DNA of 64,000 nt from a virus (taxonomy: Duplodnaviria > Caudoviricetes): IMG/VR virus record IMGVR_UViG_3300001598_000004, positions 1 through 64,000 of that record. One strand, 5' to 3'. The notes beneath the pieces were generated by a model. The model saw only the letters and a program-made list of their open reading frames with translations. It had not been told where the DNA came from and ran no database searches. Shown one piece after another: positions 49,917 through 59,296 of this stretch (the stretch's first letter is position 1; each line of letters begins with the position of its first letter). The translations under genes and the position numbers were made by a program.

Positions 49917-51355
49917 TACATCGCCCCTCCAAAAGCATCTTGAATTAGTGCTGCCTGTGACTCCTTCTGTATCTGCTCAAGAACCATCTGTGGGTTGCTG
50001 TTGAGAGAGTTCTGCTTAACAGCTTCCTCCTGTGACATAGTAGCTTTACCACCCGTAGCAAGAGAAAGAATCTGCACGCTCTCATAGTCATTCTTCGGGA
50101 AGTAAGGAGTAAACTGAGGCTCAACATCTATTTCATCAGCAAGGGAAGGAGCAAACGCTCTGCCCTTATTAGGGATAGATGTAATAACACCATTTTGGAC
50201 GAGGTTATAACGTCTTGTAAGCAACTCGCCGAAGGTTTCTATCTTAACGTTTGCCTTCATGTGTGGATCGGTAAACATCAACTTGATAGCCGTACCACTT
50301 GTATTGCTACCAAGTGTTTTCATGTTCTCGAAAGAAACGTCTGGTGTTTGGGTATAAGAGAATACGATGTTAATAAGATTAGCAAGCTCGCCTGTAACGG
50401 ACTGAGGTGAGTTATCCCAAGAAAGGACATTCATTTCAGCACCATTCTCACCTGTGTAGATACGACCAACCTCGCCCTTCTCTGCGAAGCCGTTAAGTTT
50501 GCCCTTGATAAAGTATGAAGGTGTACCGAAGTAGTCGTTGGTATCGCCCCAATTGGAAAGCAGCTCCTCAATACGCTCAATGATAGGCTGCACCTTATTC
50601 CATTCGGTTTCCTCCTGTCGATAGTAGATAACAGGGATCTTAGTGAAGCCATGACGTTTTGGAGATCCTTCCATGAGTTTCATGGAAGCACCTTCGCCTA
50701 CATACTGATAGACGTGAGTGTTTGTATATACGTCGAAATGACGCTCAGAAGAACCATCGGCATCATAGAGGTAATATTGGCGAGCGAAGCCATCCAAGCG
50801 GTCATATTCATCATAATGTGGATAGAGAAGATCACCATTGAGCTTTGAAAGAATACGCATACGCATATCGGTAGGCTTGCCAGACTCGTCGTAGATGAAA
50901 TACCAGAGTTCAGCGCACTCACACTCACGGAACAAGGCGCGAGCAATCTTCTTGTCAGCATACTTCACCTTGTTATCGTGGAATACGCGAAGAACGCGAT
51001 TGAAGAGTTCGGTCTGCGCATCCGTAGCCTCGTTTGTCATCTTGTATTCGACAGGAATAGAGAAAAGGAAGCCAACAGGACGCTCGGTAAGGACTTGCTG
51101 CATAGGAACGCACACACGGCATCTATCCACTACCTTCTCCTTGTAAATAGGTTCGCCTGTTTTATGATCCAGTTTGCCAGTAGGCACTTTGATACGCTTC
51201 TTCTTACGGTAAAGTGGGTTCATTACCTTGTGTGAGTATGGATCATACTCTTTTTCCGTTTCCTCAATAGACTTCTTGAAAGGCTTTTTTCTGCTCGTCA
51301 TTAAGGTGTAAACCTCGAAAGGCTCTAATGAGAGGATTTCTTTAATTGATTTCAT
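49916..51355 (-). CDS. Portal protein (SPP1-like)
   Basis: 479 aa after TerL; HGFTKIPVIYY, SQTPD and SGTAIKLMF motifs. Confidence 0.88.
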   Translation of the reverse strand: MKSIKEILSLEPFEVYTLMTSRKKPFKKSIEETEKEYDPYSHKVMNPLYRKKKRIKVPTGKLDHKTGEPIYKEKVVDRCRVCVPMQQVLTERPVGFLFSIPVEYKMTNEATDAQTELFNRVLRVFHDNKVKYADKKIARALFRECECAELWYFIYDESGKPTDMRMRILSKLNGDLLYPHYDEYDRLDGFARQYYLYDADGSSERHFDVYTNTHVYQYVGEGASMKLMEGSPKRHGFTKIPVIYYRQEETEWNKVQPIIERIEELLSNWGDTNDYFGTPSYFIKGKLNGFAEKGEVGRIYTGENGAEMNVLSWDNSPQSVTGELANLINIVFSYTQTPDVSFENMKTLGSNTSGTAIKLMFTDPHMKANVKIETFGELLTRRYNLVQNGVITSIPNKGRAFAPSLADEIDVEPQFTPYFPKNDYESVQILSLATGGKATMSQEEAVKQNSLNSNPQMVLEQIQKESQAALIQDAFGGAM

Positions 51356-51381
51356 ATCGCGATGTATTTGTGTTAACTCAG

Positions 51382-51436
51382 CAAAGGTACTAATTGTAAT
51401 ACTTAAAAAAGCAATGTTTGTGCTTTGCGAATAAAC
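51382..51436 (-). promoter_or_regulatory. Late promoter: GTTTATTCG-N38-TACCTTTG
   Basis: -7 element at 51382-51389; motif at 51428-51436. Confidence 0.7.
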
Positions 51437-51437
51437 A

Positions 51438-52640
51438 TCAGCCCATCATATCGAGGATTTCTGCCGCACTCATGCCACTACCATAGCCTCCAAGTATCTC
51501 TTCAAGGACTACATAGCGGATAGCATCTATGCCGTGATTGAAAGCGTCAATAGGCTCATTCAGCCAATGTCCTTCCTTATCTTGTCGATAGGTATAGTTC
51601 TTAAACTCCTTACGAAGATTGGTACTGCGCTTGGTTATCTTTAGTTTGAACTCTTGCATCTTCTGAACGCCCGCAAGGATAGAACCAGGGTACTTGCTCA
51701 CCGCATGAATATCAATACCTGCATTATAGATTTCATCGATCAATCGAGGATCAGCAGACTCGCTTATTATCTTCCATTTCTTGCCCGTATCCTCTGTGTG
51801 TGTCTTTATAGCTCTTATTATGTCGCTTGTAAGCATGTGGGTTTGGTAGCACACTTCGTCGATATAGAGCACGTTATCGTGAAACCAAACCTCTACCAAT
51901 GATGTTGGATCGGACGTATAACCAAAGTCCATACCTAACCAACCTTTCTTCTTAACCCAACGTGGTATATCGTCGATAACCTCCGTATTCTCAAAGACAA
52001 GTCCTTCAACAATAGCTTGTAATCCCTCGCCATAAACACGCCATAGAGAAGGGTTCTTCCATTGCAAAGACTCGATTTCGTCAACTACCTTTTGCTCAAG
52101 GAACGGATTTTGCTTGTATGTCGAAATGAAATGAAAGGTCTTTTCCTCTTGATTGAGTTGGCAGATCCAATGGTCGTCGGTAAATGATGGGTTGTAGTCT
52201 ATGATAGTAAACTTTGTGGTACGCATCTGTAGCTGCTGCCATTCTATGAAGGTTAGCTCATTACCCTCGTTCACATAAAGGATCTCACGTTTGCTACCAC
52301 GAAGTTTCTGCTCATTGTCTGCACCGAAGAACTCAATCCAAGAGCCATTATCAAAGTAATATATAAAATCTGATTTCTTCCAATTTCTATCATTCCATAG
52401 TCCAAGATTTATCATATTACCTTGAAAGTCACGGAATACAGAACGGCGAATAGATGTCAAGGTTTCACGGACTACGGATACGGTTGTGCCATAATGATTC
52501 TGGCAATAGACGCAGAGAAACAATATGATGTTATATGTCTTTCCACTTCTACTGCTTCCTTGTGCAGATACCGTTGTATAGCCATCTTTCACGGCTTTAT
52601 CGACGGTTCTATATACAGGAGTTGTCTGTATCTTTGGCAT
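51438..52640 (-). CDS. Terminase large subunit (PBSX-like)
   Basis: QGSSRSGKT Walker A, YVNEGNE Walker B, GMDFGYTSDP and NHGIDAIRY. Confidence 0.95.
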   Translation of the reverse strand: MPKIQTTPVYRTVDKAVKDGYTTVSAQGSSRSGKTYNIILFLCVYCQNHYGTTVSVVRETLTSIRRSVFRDFQGNMINLGLWNDRNWKKSDFIYYFDNGSWIEFFGADNEQKLRGSKREILYVNEGNELTFIEWQQLQMRTTKFTIIDYNPSFTDDHWICQLNQEEKTFHFISTYKQNPFLEQKVVDEIESLQWKNPSLWRVYGEGLQAIVEGLVFENTEVIDDIPRWVKKKGWLGMDFGYTSDPTSLVEVWFHDNVLYIDEVCYQTHMLTSDIIRAIKTHTEDTGKKWKIISESADPRLIDEIYNAGIDIHAVSKYPGSILAGVQKMQEFKLKITKRSTNLRKEFKNYTYRQDKEGHWLNEPIDAFNHGIDAIRYVVLEEILGGYGSGMSAAEILDMMG

Positions 52641-53077
52641 TACTTCCCTTCCTCTTCTTTATCTACTTGCGATGAACTATCTATGACCTCGATAACGATA
52701 GGATCTGGCTTCGTAATCTCCTTATCGTTAGATGTTATATCAAGCATACGTCCTACAACGCGGTCAAGAATCTTCTCAATGGCATCGAAGCCTCCATCGC
52801 CTATTACTTGTCGGGCAATAACGCGGAGTGCCATAGGCTTTGTCTTGTCGGTAACGAGGGATTTGATCTGATCCTCTGTACCAAAGGCACAAACAATCAA
52901 ACTTTCTCTTATCTCGTCTTTCGTAGGGATAGCATAACCGTTCTGAGTCATTTCATCTATGATAACTCTTAGGGTGTTCTTCGGTCGCCCTTTAGGATTG
53001 AACACGTCGCCCTTCCTTGCCATCTTTAGGTTCGCTATCTGCCTCGCCCTTTTCTCAGGGTCTTTACTCATTGCCAT
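52640..53077 (-). CDS. Terminase small subunit
   Basis: KGDVFNPKGRPK motif; directly upstream of TerL. Confidence 0.65.
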   Translation of the reverse strand: MAMSKDPEKRARQIANLKMARKGDVFNPKGRPKNTLRVIIDEMTQNGYAIPTKDEIRESLIVCAFGTEDQIKSLVTDKTKPMALRVIARQVIGDGGFDAIEKILDRVVGRMLDITSNDKEITKPDPIVIEVIDSSSQVDKEEEGK

Positions 53078-53084
53078 AATCTTC

Positions 53085-53360
53085 TTATTTTCTTCTTATA
53101 TCGTTTCCTAAACTATTGGCGTACTCTCTCCTGACTTCTGCTACATACATAAGATTTCCGTCTTGGATGTATCTTGCCGATTGTCTTAGGAAGTAAGGTG
53201 CTTCGGGGTTACTGCGAAGGCTGCCAAGCTCGTCAAACGTCATATTAAGAACATCATCAATAGCTTTTAGCATCTGCTTTGATGTCATCCTACGCTTCGG
53301 TTGGCAGTCCTTAGAGAACCGCCATCCGTTGCCTTCTTTGAAAGATGTTTCATTTTTCAT
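53085..53360 (-). CDS. TerS-like paralogue / hypothetical
   Basis: FKEGNGWRFSKDCQPK N-terminus resembles the TerS motif. Confidence 0.35.
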   Translation of the reverse strand: MKNETSFKEGNGWRFSKDCQPKRRMTSKQMLKAIDDVLNMTFDELGSLRSNPEAPYFLRQSARYIQDGNLMYVAEVRREYANSLGNDIRRK

Positions 53361-53615
53361 TTATCCGCAGAATTTCTTTGAAAGGTCGCCTAAGAGATTT
53401 TCAAACTTGTCGGGGCTGTAACTATATACATCCTGCAACACGAAGCAAGCATAGACGAGGCTTTTGATTACGTCGTTCTCGCCATTTTTCGTTCTGTGGC
53501 GAGTGATATACTTAACGATGTTACCTTCGTCGAATGAAAGGTTGTTTGCGTGGATATACTCGACAGGAGTAATTTTCTTGTCGTAGTGTTCTGGACTGAT
53601 TGTATTGTTTGCCAT
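53361..53615 (-). CDS. DUF3310 protein
   Basis: ISPEHY...FDEGNIVKYITR...D..K. Confidence 0.8.
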   Translation of the reverse strand: MANNTISPEHYDKKITPVEYIHANNLSFDEGNIVKYITRHRTKNGENDVIKSLVYACFVLQDVYSYSPDKFENLLGDLSKKFCG

Positions 53616-53694
53616 AGTTCTTTTGGTTGTTTTAAAGAGGTGGCAGAAACATCACGCCCCCGCCACCTGAAAATTGATTATTGTATTAGGTAAA

Positions 53695-55650
53695 TTATTT
53701 CTTGTTTACGAAATTCATAAACTCAGCACGGGTCTCAGCATCGTTCTTGAAAGCTCCTGTAAGGAATGATGAGGTCATAATACCCTTCTTCTTTACACCG
53801 CGCATTTCCTTGCAAAGGTGTGAGCCTCGCATAACAAGAGCGATACCAAGAGGTGGATATTCTTCGCCAAGAGCCTTCTCAAGCATTTCTACGATGTCGT
53901 GCGTAAGACGTTCCTGCACCTGTAGTTTAGCAGCGCAATAGTCAACAACGCGACCAATCTTTGAGATACCGAGGATCTTGCCCTTTGGATTAGGAATGTA
54001 AGCGAACCAGTAATGCCCGAAGAAAGGCATCATGTGGTGCTCACAATTATGGGTAAGAACGCCGTTGATGCAGAATGTGTGTTCGTTGTCACATTTGAAA
54101 GAATATACCTTAGTAGGCTTATCCACAAACTCAACACTAACAACTTCTACCATTTCGCTCTCGCCAAGGTCTATGTTTGCTTCGTACTTCTCAAAGCCAT
54201 GCTTCTTGAACCACTCTTCACTTAGTACCTTCTTAGAGATATTGGTATTATAGACATCATGCTTAGATACTGCGCTCCGTATGCCTTTTACTCCGTTTCG
54301 TGACGCAACGCCCATGAAGTCACGCAATTCATTGATAAAGTCTTTATTTGTTGACATTATTCTATCATACTCCTGCTTTTCTCCGCGATAGCGAGTGCCG
54401 TCAGTATCAAGATAACCTTCAACAAAGCCTCTCCAACAATCATAGTTAGCCTTTACAATCTCAGGAAGGTGGAATTTCTGAGTCTTAGAGCCACAACCAA
54501 TAGATCCGAATGGAATGTTAAGCATCTTTAAGGTTCTGCGGGCAATCTCTGATGAAACAACACGAATGCGATATTGGATCATCTTACCACCGAAGCCGTT
54601 AGGCTTGCATATAGTTTCGATGTTTGCCTTATATCCAAACACGTTGTATAGAGCATCATAGAATTTACATGTCACCTCAGAATTGTTCGTTTCAAGACAA
54701 ATTCTTCTATCCTCTTGCACCGAGCATTCTGCTGCAACAACAGCAAGGAAATAGCCAAGTTTCTTTCCGACCTTAAAGTCATAATGCTTCTGGGTGAAAG
54801 TCTTTGGATTTATCCATTCAACTTTTCTGCCAAGCGAACTTCCTGCTTCTATCCACTCACCTTCTGAGCGCAAAGGATGATCCGCAGTAACGCTGAATCT
54901 CTTACCATTGGCAAGAGTTATGTTTACATATCCATCTGCCTTATGTGTGGTAATCTCAGTGATTGTTGTTTGCACAGGAATGCCATTGACAATAGTCCAG
55001 AGCTTATCTCCTACTCTCTGGTCTCTTGCGCGATTTTTCTTCCCTACAGAGTTGACGCACTGAAAGCCTGGTACACACATAGAATAGTAGTCGCCCTCGT
55101 CGATAACCATTGAGTCGTAGGTTATACCATCCTCTCCATTAGGGAACACAGTAATCTTTGGCTTCTTTGTTTCATCGTAACCTCTGAATATCTCTGCCCA
55201 CATACGGATGATGCGGTCAGGTGTGCCAAGCAAGCCTGTTCGATTTGGATCTTCGCCAATATACTCAAAAATGCGACGGATGTTATCTTCTACTGTTTCA
55301 CCCTTTTCGTCAGGGAACACGATCCATTCTCCTTCTGGCGACTCAGCACCATAATATGTGCATTTGTCGGTAGAATAAGGACGGCAGAACACTACTGCTT
55401 TATCATACTTGAAGTAATTCTCAAGGGTAGCTCCTGAGTCGCAGATGTCATCAACGACAAGAATGTTGCTATAACTTAATTCGGTAAATACAGGCAAGTC
55501 AAGCAACTTTCCAAGTTTGATTGCAGGATAATAGCCACCGCGAGGTATGCCGTAAACGCCTGTATATTTCTTGCCCGATTGTTCAATCTTACAGGCGAGC
55601 TTATTGATGTAGGCATCGTAAAGCTCATATGTCAAAACTTTCTTTTCCAT
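53695..55650 (-). CDS. folE: Phosphoribosyltransferase-GTP cyclohydrolase I fusion with intein
   Basis: YGIPRGG and LVVDDICDSGATL (type I PRTase); TPDRI, SM/CEHH, ISKIGR, LQVQERLT and HLCKEMRG (FolE). Confidence 0.92.
   Translation of the reverse strand: MEKKVLTYELYDAYINKLACKIEQSGKKYTGVYGIPRGGYYPAIKLGKLLDLPVFTELSYSNILVVDDICDSGATLENYFKYDKAVVFCRPYSTDKCTYYGAESPEGEWIVFPDEKGETVEDNIRRIFEYIGEDPNRTGLLGTPDRIIRMWAEIFRGYDETKKPKITVFPNGEDGITYDSMVIDEGDYYSMCVPGFQCVNSVGKKNRARDQRVGDKLWTIVNGIPVQTTITEITTHKADGYVNITLANGKRFSVTADHPLRSEGEWIEAGSSLGRKVEWINPKTFTQKHYDFKVGKKLGYFLAVVAAECSVQEDRRICLETNNSEVTCKFYDALYNVFGYKANIETICKPNGFGGKMIQYRIRVVSSEIARRTLKMLNIPFGSIGCGSKTQKFHLPEIVKANYDCWRGFVEGYLDTDGTRYRGEKQEYDRIMSTNKDFINELRDFMGVASRNGVKGIRSAVSKHDVYNTNISKKVLSEEWFKKHGFEKYEANIDLGESEMVEVVSVEFVDKPTKVYSFKCDNEHTFCINGVLTHNCEHHMMPFFGHYWFAYIPNPKGKILGISKIGRVVDYCAAKLQVQERLTHDIVEMLEKALGEEYPPLGIALVMRGSHLCKEMRGVKKKGIMTSSFLTGAFKNDAETRAEFMNFVNKK
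54046..55077 (-). mobile_element. Intein with LAGLIDADG endonuclease in FolE (344 aa)
   Basis: Begins CVPGFQ, contains TADHPL (block B) and FVEGYLDTDG, ends GVLTHN, followed by Cys of CEHH. Confidence 0.92.
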
Positions 55651-55653
55651 ATC

Positions 55654-56247
55654 TTAACGCACATTTATGATTTTCTGCTGTTGGAGAGAAAGCTGCCAAT
55701 CAGGATGTTTCTTGATATACTCAATACAACCATCAAGGATAGCCTTATTCTTCTTCTCATCGCCTGTATCACAAGGTTGCAGGTATTTGTTTTGAACCTC
55801 CACAGGGTAGTCCTTTATCTCATGTTCGCCGTCAAAGACGATTTTGATTTCGTCGGCAGCTACGATCTTAGGAGTTCCGTTGTTGACGTATGCGTCCTTT
55901 GGCGAGAAGGTAACATAGTCAATATTCCACGGATAAAGGTTAGTGCCGTTTGTTTCCATAGCGACATAGTAGCCATGATCGTGGAGTCGGTCAATGAGTT
56001 CGTGGTCGGCTTGAAGAGTTGGCTCGCCACCTGTCAAGACGATGAACTTACAAGAGCTATCTCCTGTTGTGACAATCTCTAAGATTAGGTCGTTAGCAGT
56101 CATTTCGACATAATCAGAGAAGTCAGTATCGCAGAAAGGACACTTTAGGTTACAGCCAGAGAAGCGGACGAAGATAGCCGCACTTCCAGCCCATCTACCC
56201 TCGCCTTGCAAGGAGTAGAAGATTTCGTTGATGCGATATGTTTTCAT
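55654..56247 (-). CDS. queE: 7-carboxy-7-deazaguanine synthase (radical SAM)
   Basis: EIFYSLQGEG, GCNLKCPFCDT and LTGGEP motifs. Confidence 0.95.
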   Translation of the reverse strand: MKTYRINEIFYSLQGEGRWAGSAAIFVRFSGCNLKCPFCDTDFSDYVEMTANDLILEIVTTGDSSCKFIVLTGGEPTLQADHELIDRLHDHGYYVAMETNGTNLYPWNIDYVTFSPKDAYVNNGTPKIVAADEIKIVFDGEHEIKDYPVEVQNKYLQPCDTGDEKKNKAILDGCIEYIKKHPDWQLSLQQQKIINVR

Positions 56248-56606
56248 TACATTGCCTCCTCGCCGTCAACCTTTGTATCATCAACATAACAAGCGATGTT
56301 GCCCTCTGACTCTTGCACGAATGCCTTGTAGCATTGAGGGAATTGAGAAACGATCCACTTTGCCATATTCTCAGCCGTAGGATTGAAAGAAAGCACCTCG
56401 TTGAGATACGCATGGTCGAGTTTATCGTGGATAGCATTCTTAATATGCTTGAAGTCGATAACCATTCCGTCATCGTTTAGGAAACGAGACTTGCAATATA
56501 CGGTAATGATCCAATTATGCCCATGAAGGTTCTGGCATTTACTTTCGTATGAGAGTTTCAACTTATGTGCAGCCGAAATCTCCATTCTTTTTGAAACGTA
56601 ATACAT
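56247..56606 (-). CDS. queD: 6-carboxytetrahydropterin synthase
   Basis: AAHKL...CQNLHGHNW...LDHAYLN...PTAEN. Confidence 0.95.
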   Translation of the reverse strand: MYYVSKRMEISAAHKLKLSYESKCQNLHGHNWIITVYCKSRFLNDDGMVIDFKHIKNAIHDKLDHAYLNEVLSFNPTAENMAKWIVSQFPQCYKAFVQESEGNIACYVDDTKVDGEEAM

Positions 56607-56620
56607 ATCCTCTTGTGTTT

Positions 56621-57274
56621 TTAAGATTCATATTCAGTTGTATCCTCGATACCTGCATCACGAAGAGCTTCTTTTCGCTCCACGCAAGTGCCACACTTAC
56701 CGCAGTGCTTCTCACCGCCTTTGTAGCAAGACCAAGTTTCCGCGTAGTCAAGACCAAGCTCTTTGCCGTGACGTGCTACATCAGTCTTTGTGATGTTGGT
56801 GTAAGGTGCAAGGATCTGGATGTTTTCGTAAGTGCCTGCACCCATTGCGTCAGACATAGCAGCGATGAAATCAGCACGGCAATCAGGGTAGATAGCATGG
56901 TCGCCCCCATGATTGGCAATCATCACGTTTTTCAAGCCGTTAGACTCCGCGATACCACAAGCAATCGCAAGCATAATGCCGTTACGGAAAGGAACAACTG
57001 TTGATTTCATGTTAGCATCAGCGTAATGTCCTTCTGGAATAGCATCAGCACCCTCAAGGAGAGAGGATTTGAAGTATTCGTGCATGAAGGTGAGAGGAAT
57101 TACGATGTGCTTGATACCAAGTCTTTCGCAATGCAACTTAGCAAATGGGATCTCTTTCTTCGCATGGTTTGATCCATAATCGAAAGTAATGCCCATTGCA
57201 ATCTTATCCTTATATTCGTGCAGGAGAGTTATTGAATCCATACCTCCTGACACTATAATCAATGAGTCCTTCAT
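56621..57274 (-). CDS. queC: 7-cyano-7-deazaguanine synthase
   Basis: SGGMDS, VPFRNGIML, YPDCR and CGKCGTC motifs. Confidence 0.95.
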   Translation of the reverse strand: MKDSLIIVSGGMDSITLLHEYKDKIAMGITFDYGSNHAKKEIPFAKLHCERLGIKHIVIPLTFMHEYFKSSLLEGADAIPEGHYADANMKSTVVPFRNGIMLAIACGIAESNGLKNVMIANHGGDHAIYPDCRADFIAAMSDAMGAGTYENIQILAPYTNITKTDVARHGKELGLDYAETWSCYKGGEKHCGKCGTCVERKEALRDAGIEDTTEYES

Positions 57275-57279
57275 CTTTA

Positions 57280-57747
57280 TTACTGGTTCTTGAAACAAGC
57301 TAAAAGGCGAGCCTTCTCAATATCCTTGTGTTCGTCGTCAGCATAAGTAGCGACAGGATAGATGCTTATACCACCGCGAGGCATGAACACGCCGATAACC
57401 TCAAGATACTTAGGCTGCATGAGGGCAACAAGGTCATTCTTAATCATATTCACGCAATCCTCGTGGAAATCTCCGTGATTACGGAATGAGAAAAGATACA
57501 ACTTGAGAGATTTAGACTCAACCATCTTCTCATTAGGGATGTAGTTGATGATGATCTTTGCGAAGTCTGGCTGACCTGTCTTTGGGCAGAGTGATGTAAA
57601 CTCTGGGCAGTTGAATGTCACAAGATACTCATTCTCAGGGTGTTTGTTAACGAAGGTTTCAAGCACCTGTGGCGCATAATCAGTTTCATACTTTGTGTTC
57701 TGATTGCCAAGCAAAGTAACGCCGTTCAATTCTTTTTCGTTTCTCAT
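57280..57747 (-). CDS. queF: preQ0 reductase (type I QueF)
   Basis: [17 protein letters not shown] and QueF motif VESKSLKLY. Confidence 0.93.
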   Translation of the reverse strand: MRNEKELNGVTLLGNQNTKYETDYAPQVLETFVNKHPENEYLVTFNCPEFTSLCPKTGQPDFAKIIINYIPNEKMVESKSLKLYLFSFRNHGDFHEDCVNMIKNDLVALMQPKYLEVIGVFMPRGGISIYPVATYADDEHKDIEKARLLACFKNQ

Positions 57748-57772
57748 TTTGTTTTGTTTGTTTATGTTGTTG

Positions 57773-58528
57773 TTATTTCCAAATAGGCTGTACGTTGTTA
57801 TACATAAAGTCTTGATATTTTCTCCATTCCATGAATGCAGGTCGCCCTAATGCTTGTGCGCTCTTCATTCGCTTTCCTTCTGGCTTTGGAATGAGTTTGA
57901 TGATACCCTCTTTAGGAAGGAACTTGAAGGTGTATCCGTATCTACGGCTCACAGACCATGTAGAAGAGTCAACAGAGTCGAAAGGTATCTTATGGAGCAT
58001 CGTACTCTTCGTGAAACCCAGTCCGTGAATACGGCAACCTAAAGAGTGAGCCTTGAGGACGAATTGGCGAGCATATTTCTCCGTTAGCTTTGGTGGGAGT
58101 CCTTCGGTAAGGAAGTATCCAAGAGCGATATAATCATAGTCCTTACAATCCTTTATGAATGACTCTTTGCCTCGGATCGTGTGCCAAACAGGAATAGATT
58201 GCCAACCAACAAGGTTTTCGAGTTTATCACGCAAGCGTCTTGTTTCCTCTACGCCATAAATCTGATCCACATCCATTTCGACATAGTTCCTTATATGGTT
58301 CGCTCTCACGAATGCAGCATACTCTTCGGTATATTTCTTAATATCTACCTGTTTGCCAGAGTTGATGAATGTAAAAACGCCACTATCGAGGATGAAGTTA
58401 CGCATCTTAGGAATGTTATTGATGATGCTATCCATCTTCTTACAATAATAGTAGGAAGAAAGGATGTCTGCACCAACGACCAGATCCTCAATATCCAATG
58501 TATTGTTGATAGCGAGATATACCTTCAT
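57773..58528 (-). CDS. dpdA: DpdA-like DNA deazaguanine transglycosylase (TGT fold)
   Basis: [28 protein letters not shown] and SVDSSTW motifs; inside the que cluster. Confidence 0.75.
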   Translation of the reverse strand: MKVYLAINNTLDIEDLVVGADILSSYYYCKKMDSIINNIPKMRNFILDSGVFTFINSGKQVDIKKYTEEYAAFVRANHIRNYVEMDVDQIYGVEETRRLRDKLENLVGWQSIPVWHTIRGKESFIKDCKDYDYIALGYFLTEGLPPKLTEKYARQFVLKAHSLGCRIHGLGFTKSTMLHKIPFDSVDSSTWSVSRRYGYTFKFLPKEGIIKLIPKPEGKRMKSAQALGRPAFMEWRKYQDFMYNNVQPIWK

Positions 58529-58531
58529 AGC

Positions 58532-59116
58532 CTATTTAACGCTTACATTTGGGTAGGAAAGGAGTGCAACAATGACTTTGTTTCTGACATCTTCCTCAAT
58601 GTCAGCTTCCTCATAAGGGATAGTAACAGTAACTACAAGGTCTTTGCCCTTATCCTCTTCTTTCGCCTCTTTTGCTTCCTCGAAGAAATCATCAAGGTCG
58701 CCATTTTCGTCATCATTACCCATGAAGGAAATGTCAACACCCCAATCACCAAGATCCTCGGTAGTACCCCAAGTCTCGTTAGCAAGGATGTCGTAATCCC
58801 AACGACCATTGCTCACGTTGTCACGGATAACAATCTCTTTCTCTCTATTCTCAGAAAGACCGTGCATGAGGACAGTAGGCACTTCTTCCATTCCAAGCTG
58901 ACGAGCAGCCTCGTAACGCATATTACCTGCAATGATAACAAGCGAGCCTGTTCTGTCTGAAAGAATGATTGGGCGGCACTCAAAATAATCAGGATTGTCC
59001 TGAATGCTCTGTTTAAGACGAGCCATATCATCTTCATAGATATAGCGAGGATTACCGCCAAGCTTCTCAAGCTCAGAGGTCTTTCGGTAAACGATTTGTA
59101 CTGCGGGTTTCTTCAT
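58532..59116 (-). CDS. ParB-like N-terminal domain protein
   Basis: NPRYI...LKQSIQD...PII...IIAGNMRYEAA...RDNVSNGRWD. Confidence 0.88.
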   Translation of the reverse strand: MKKPAVQIVYRKTSELEKLGGNPRYIYEDDMARLKQSIQDNPDYFECRPIILSDRTGSLVIIAGNMRYEAARQLGMEEVPTVLMHGLSENREKEIVIRDNVSNGRWDYDILANETWGTTEDLGDWGVDISFMGNDDENGDLDDFFEEAKEAKEEDKGKDLVVTVTIPYEEADIEEDVRNKVIVALLSYPNVSVK

Positions 59117-59135
59117 ACTTTTTAGAATTATTCCG

Positions 59136-59190
59136 CAAAACTAATCATTTTATATAACTTTAAGTAATAATATGATTAGTACGAATAAAC
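59136..59190 (-). promoter_or_regulatory. Late promoter GTTTATTCG-N38-TAGTTTTG overlapped by operator-like inverted repeat
   Basis: -7 element at 59136-59143; motif at 59182-59190; AACTAATCAT (59139) and ATGATTAGT (59172). Confidence 0.7.
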
Positions 59191-59268
59191 ATTGCCGCGT
59201 TTTTCGGCGTTTTTGTGGTGTTTGACGGCTTTTTGTAGTTTTTCTTATAAGTATTACAGGCAATAAAA

Positions 59269-59295
59269 AAAGCCGCATTATAGCGGCTTCTTTCC
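59269..59295 (-). terminator. Terminator downstream of integrase
   Basis: AAGCCGC-ATTATA-GCGGCTT with an A-tract on the left. Confidence 0.7.
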
Positions 59296-59296
59296 T

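Noticed and set aside
57280-57747. QueF-like amidinotransferase making archaeosine (dG+)
   Set aside because: The intact NADPH-binding QueF motif ESKSLKLY indicates a true reductase, so preQ1.
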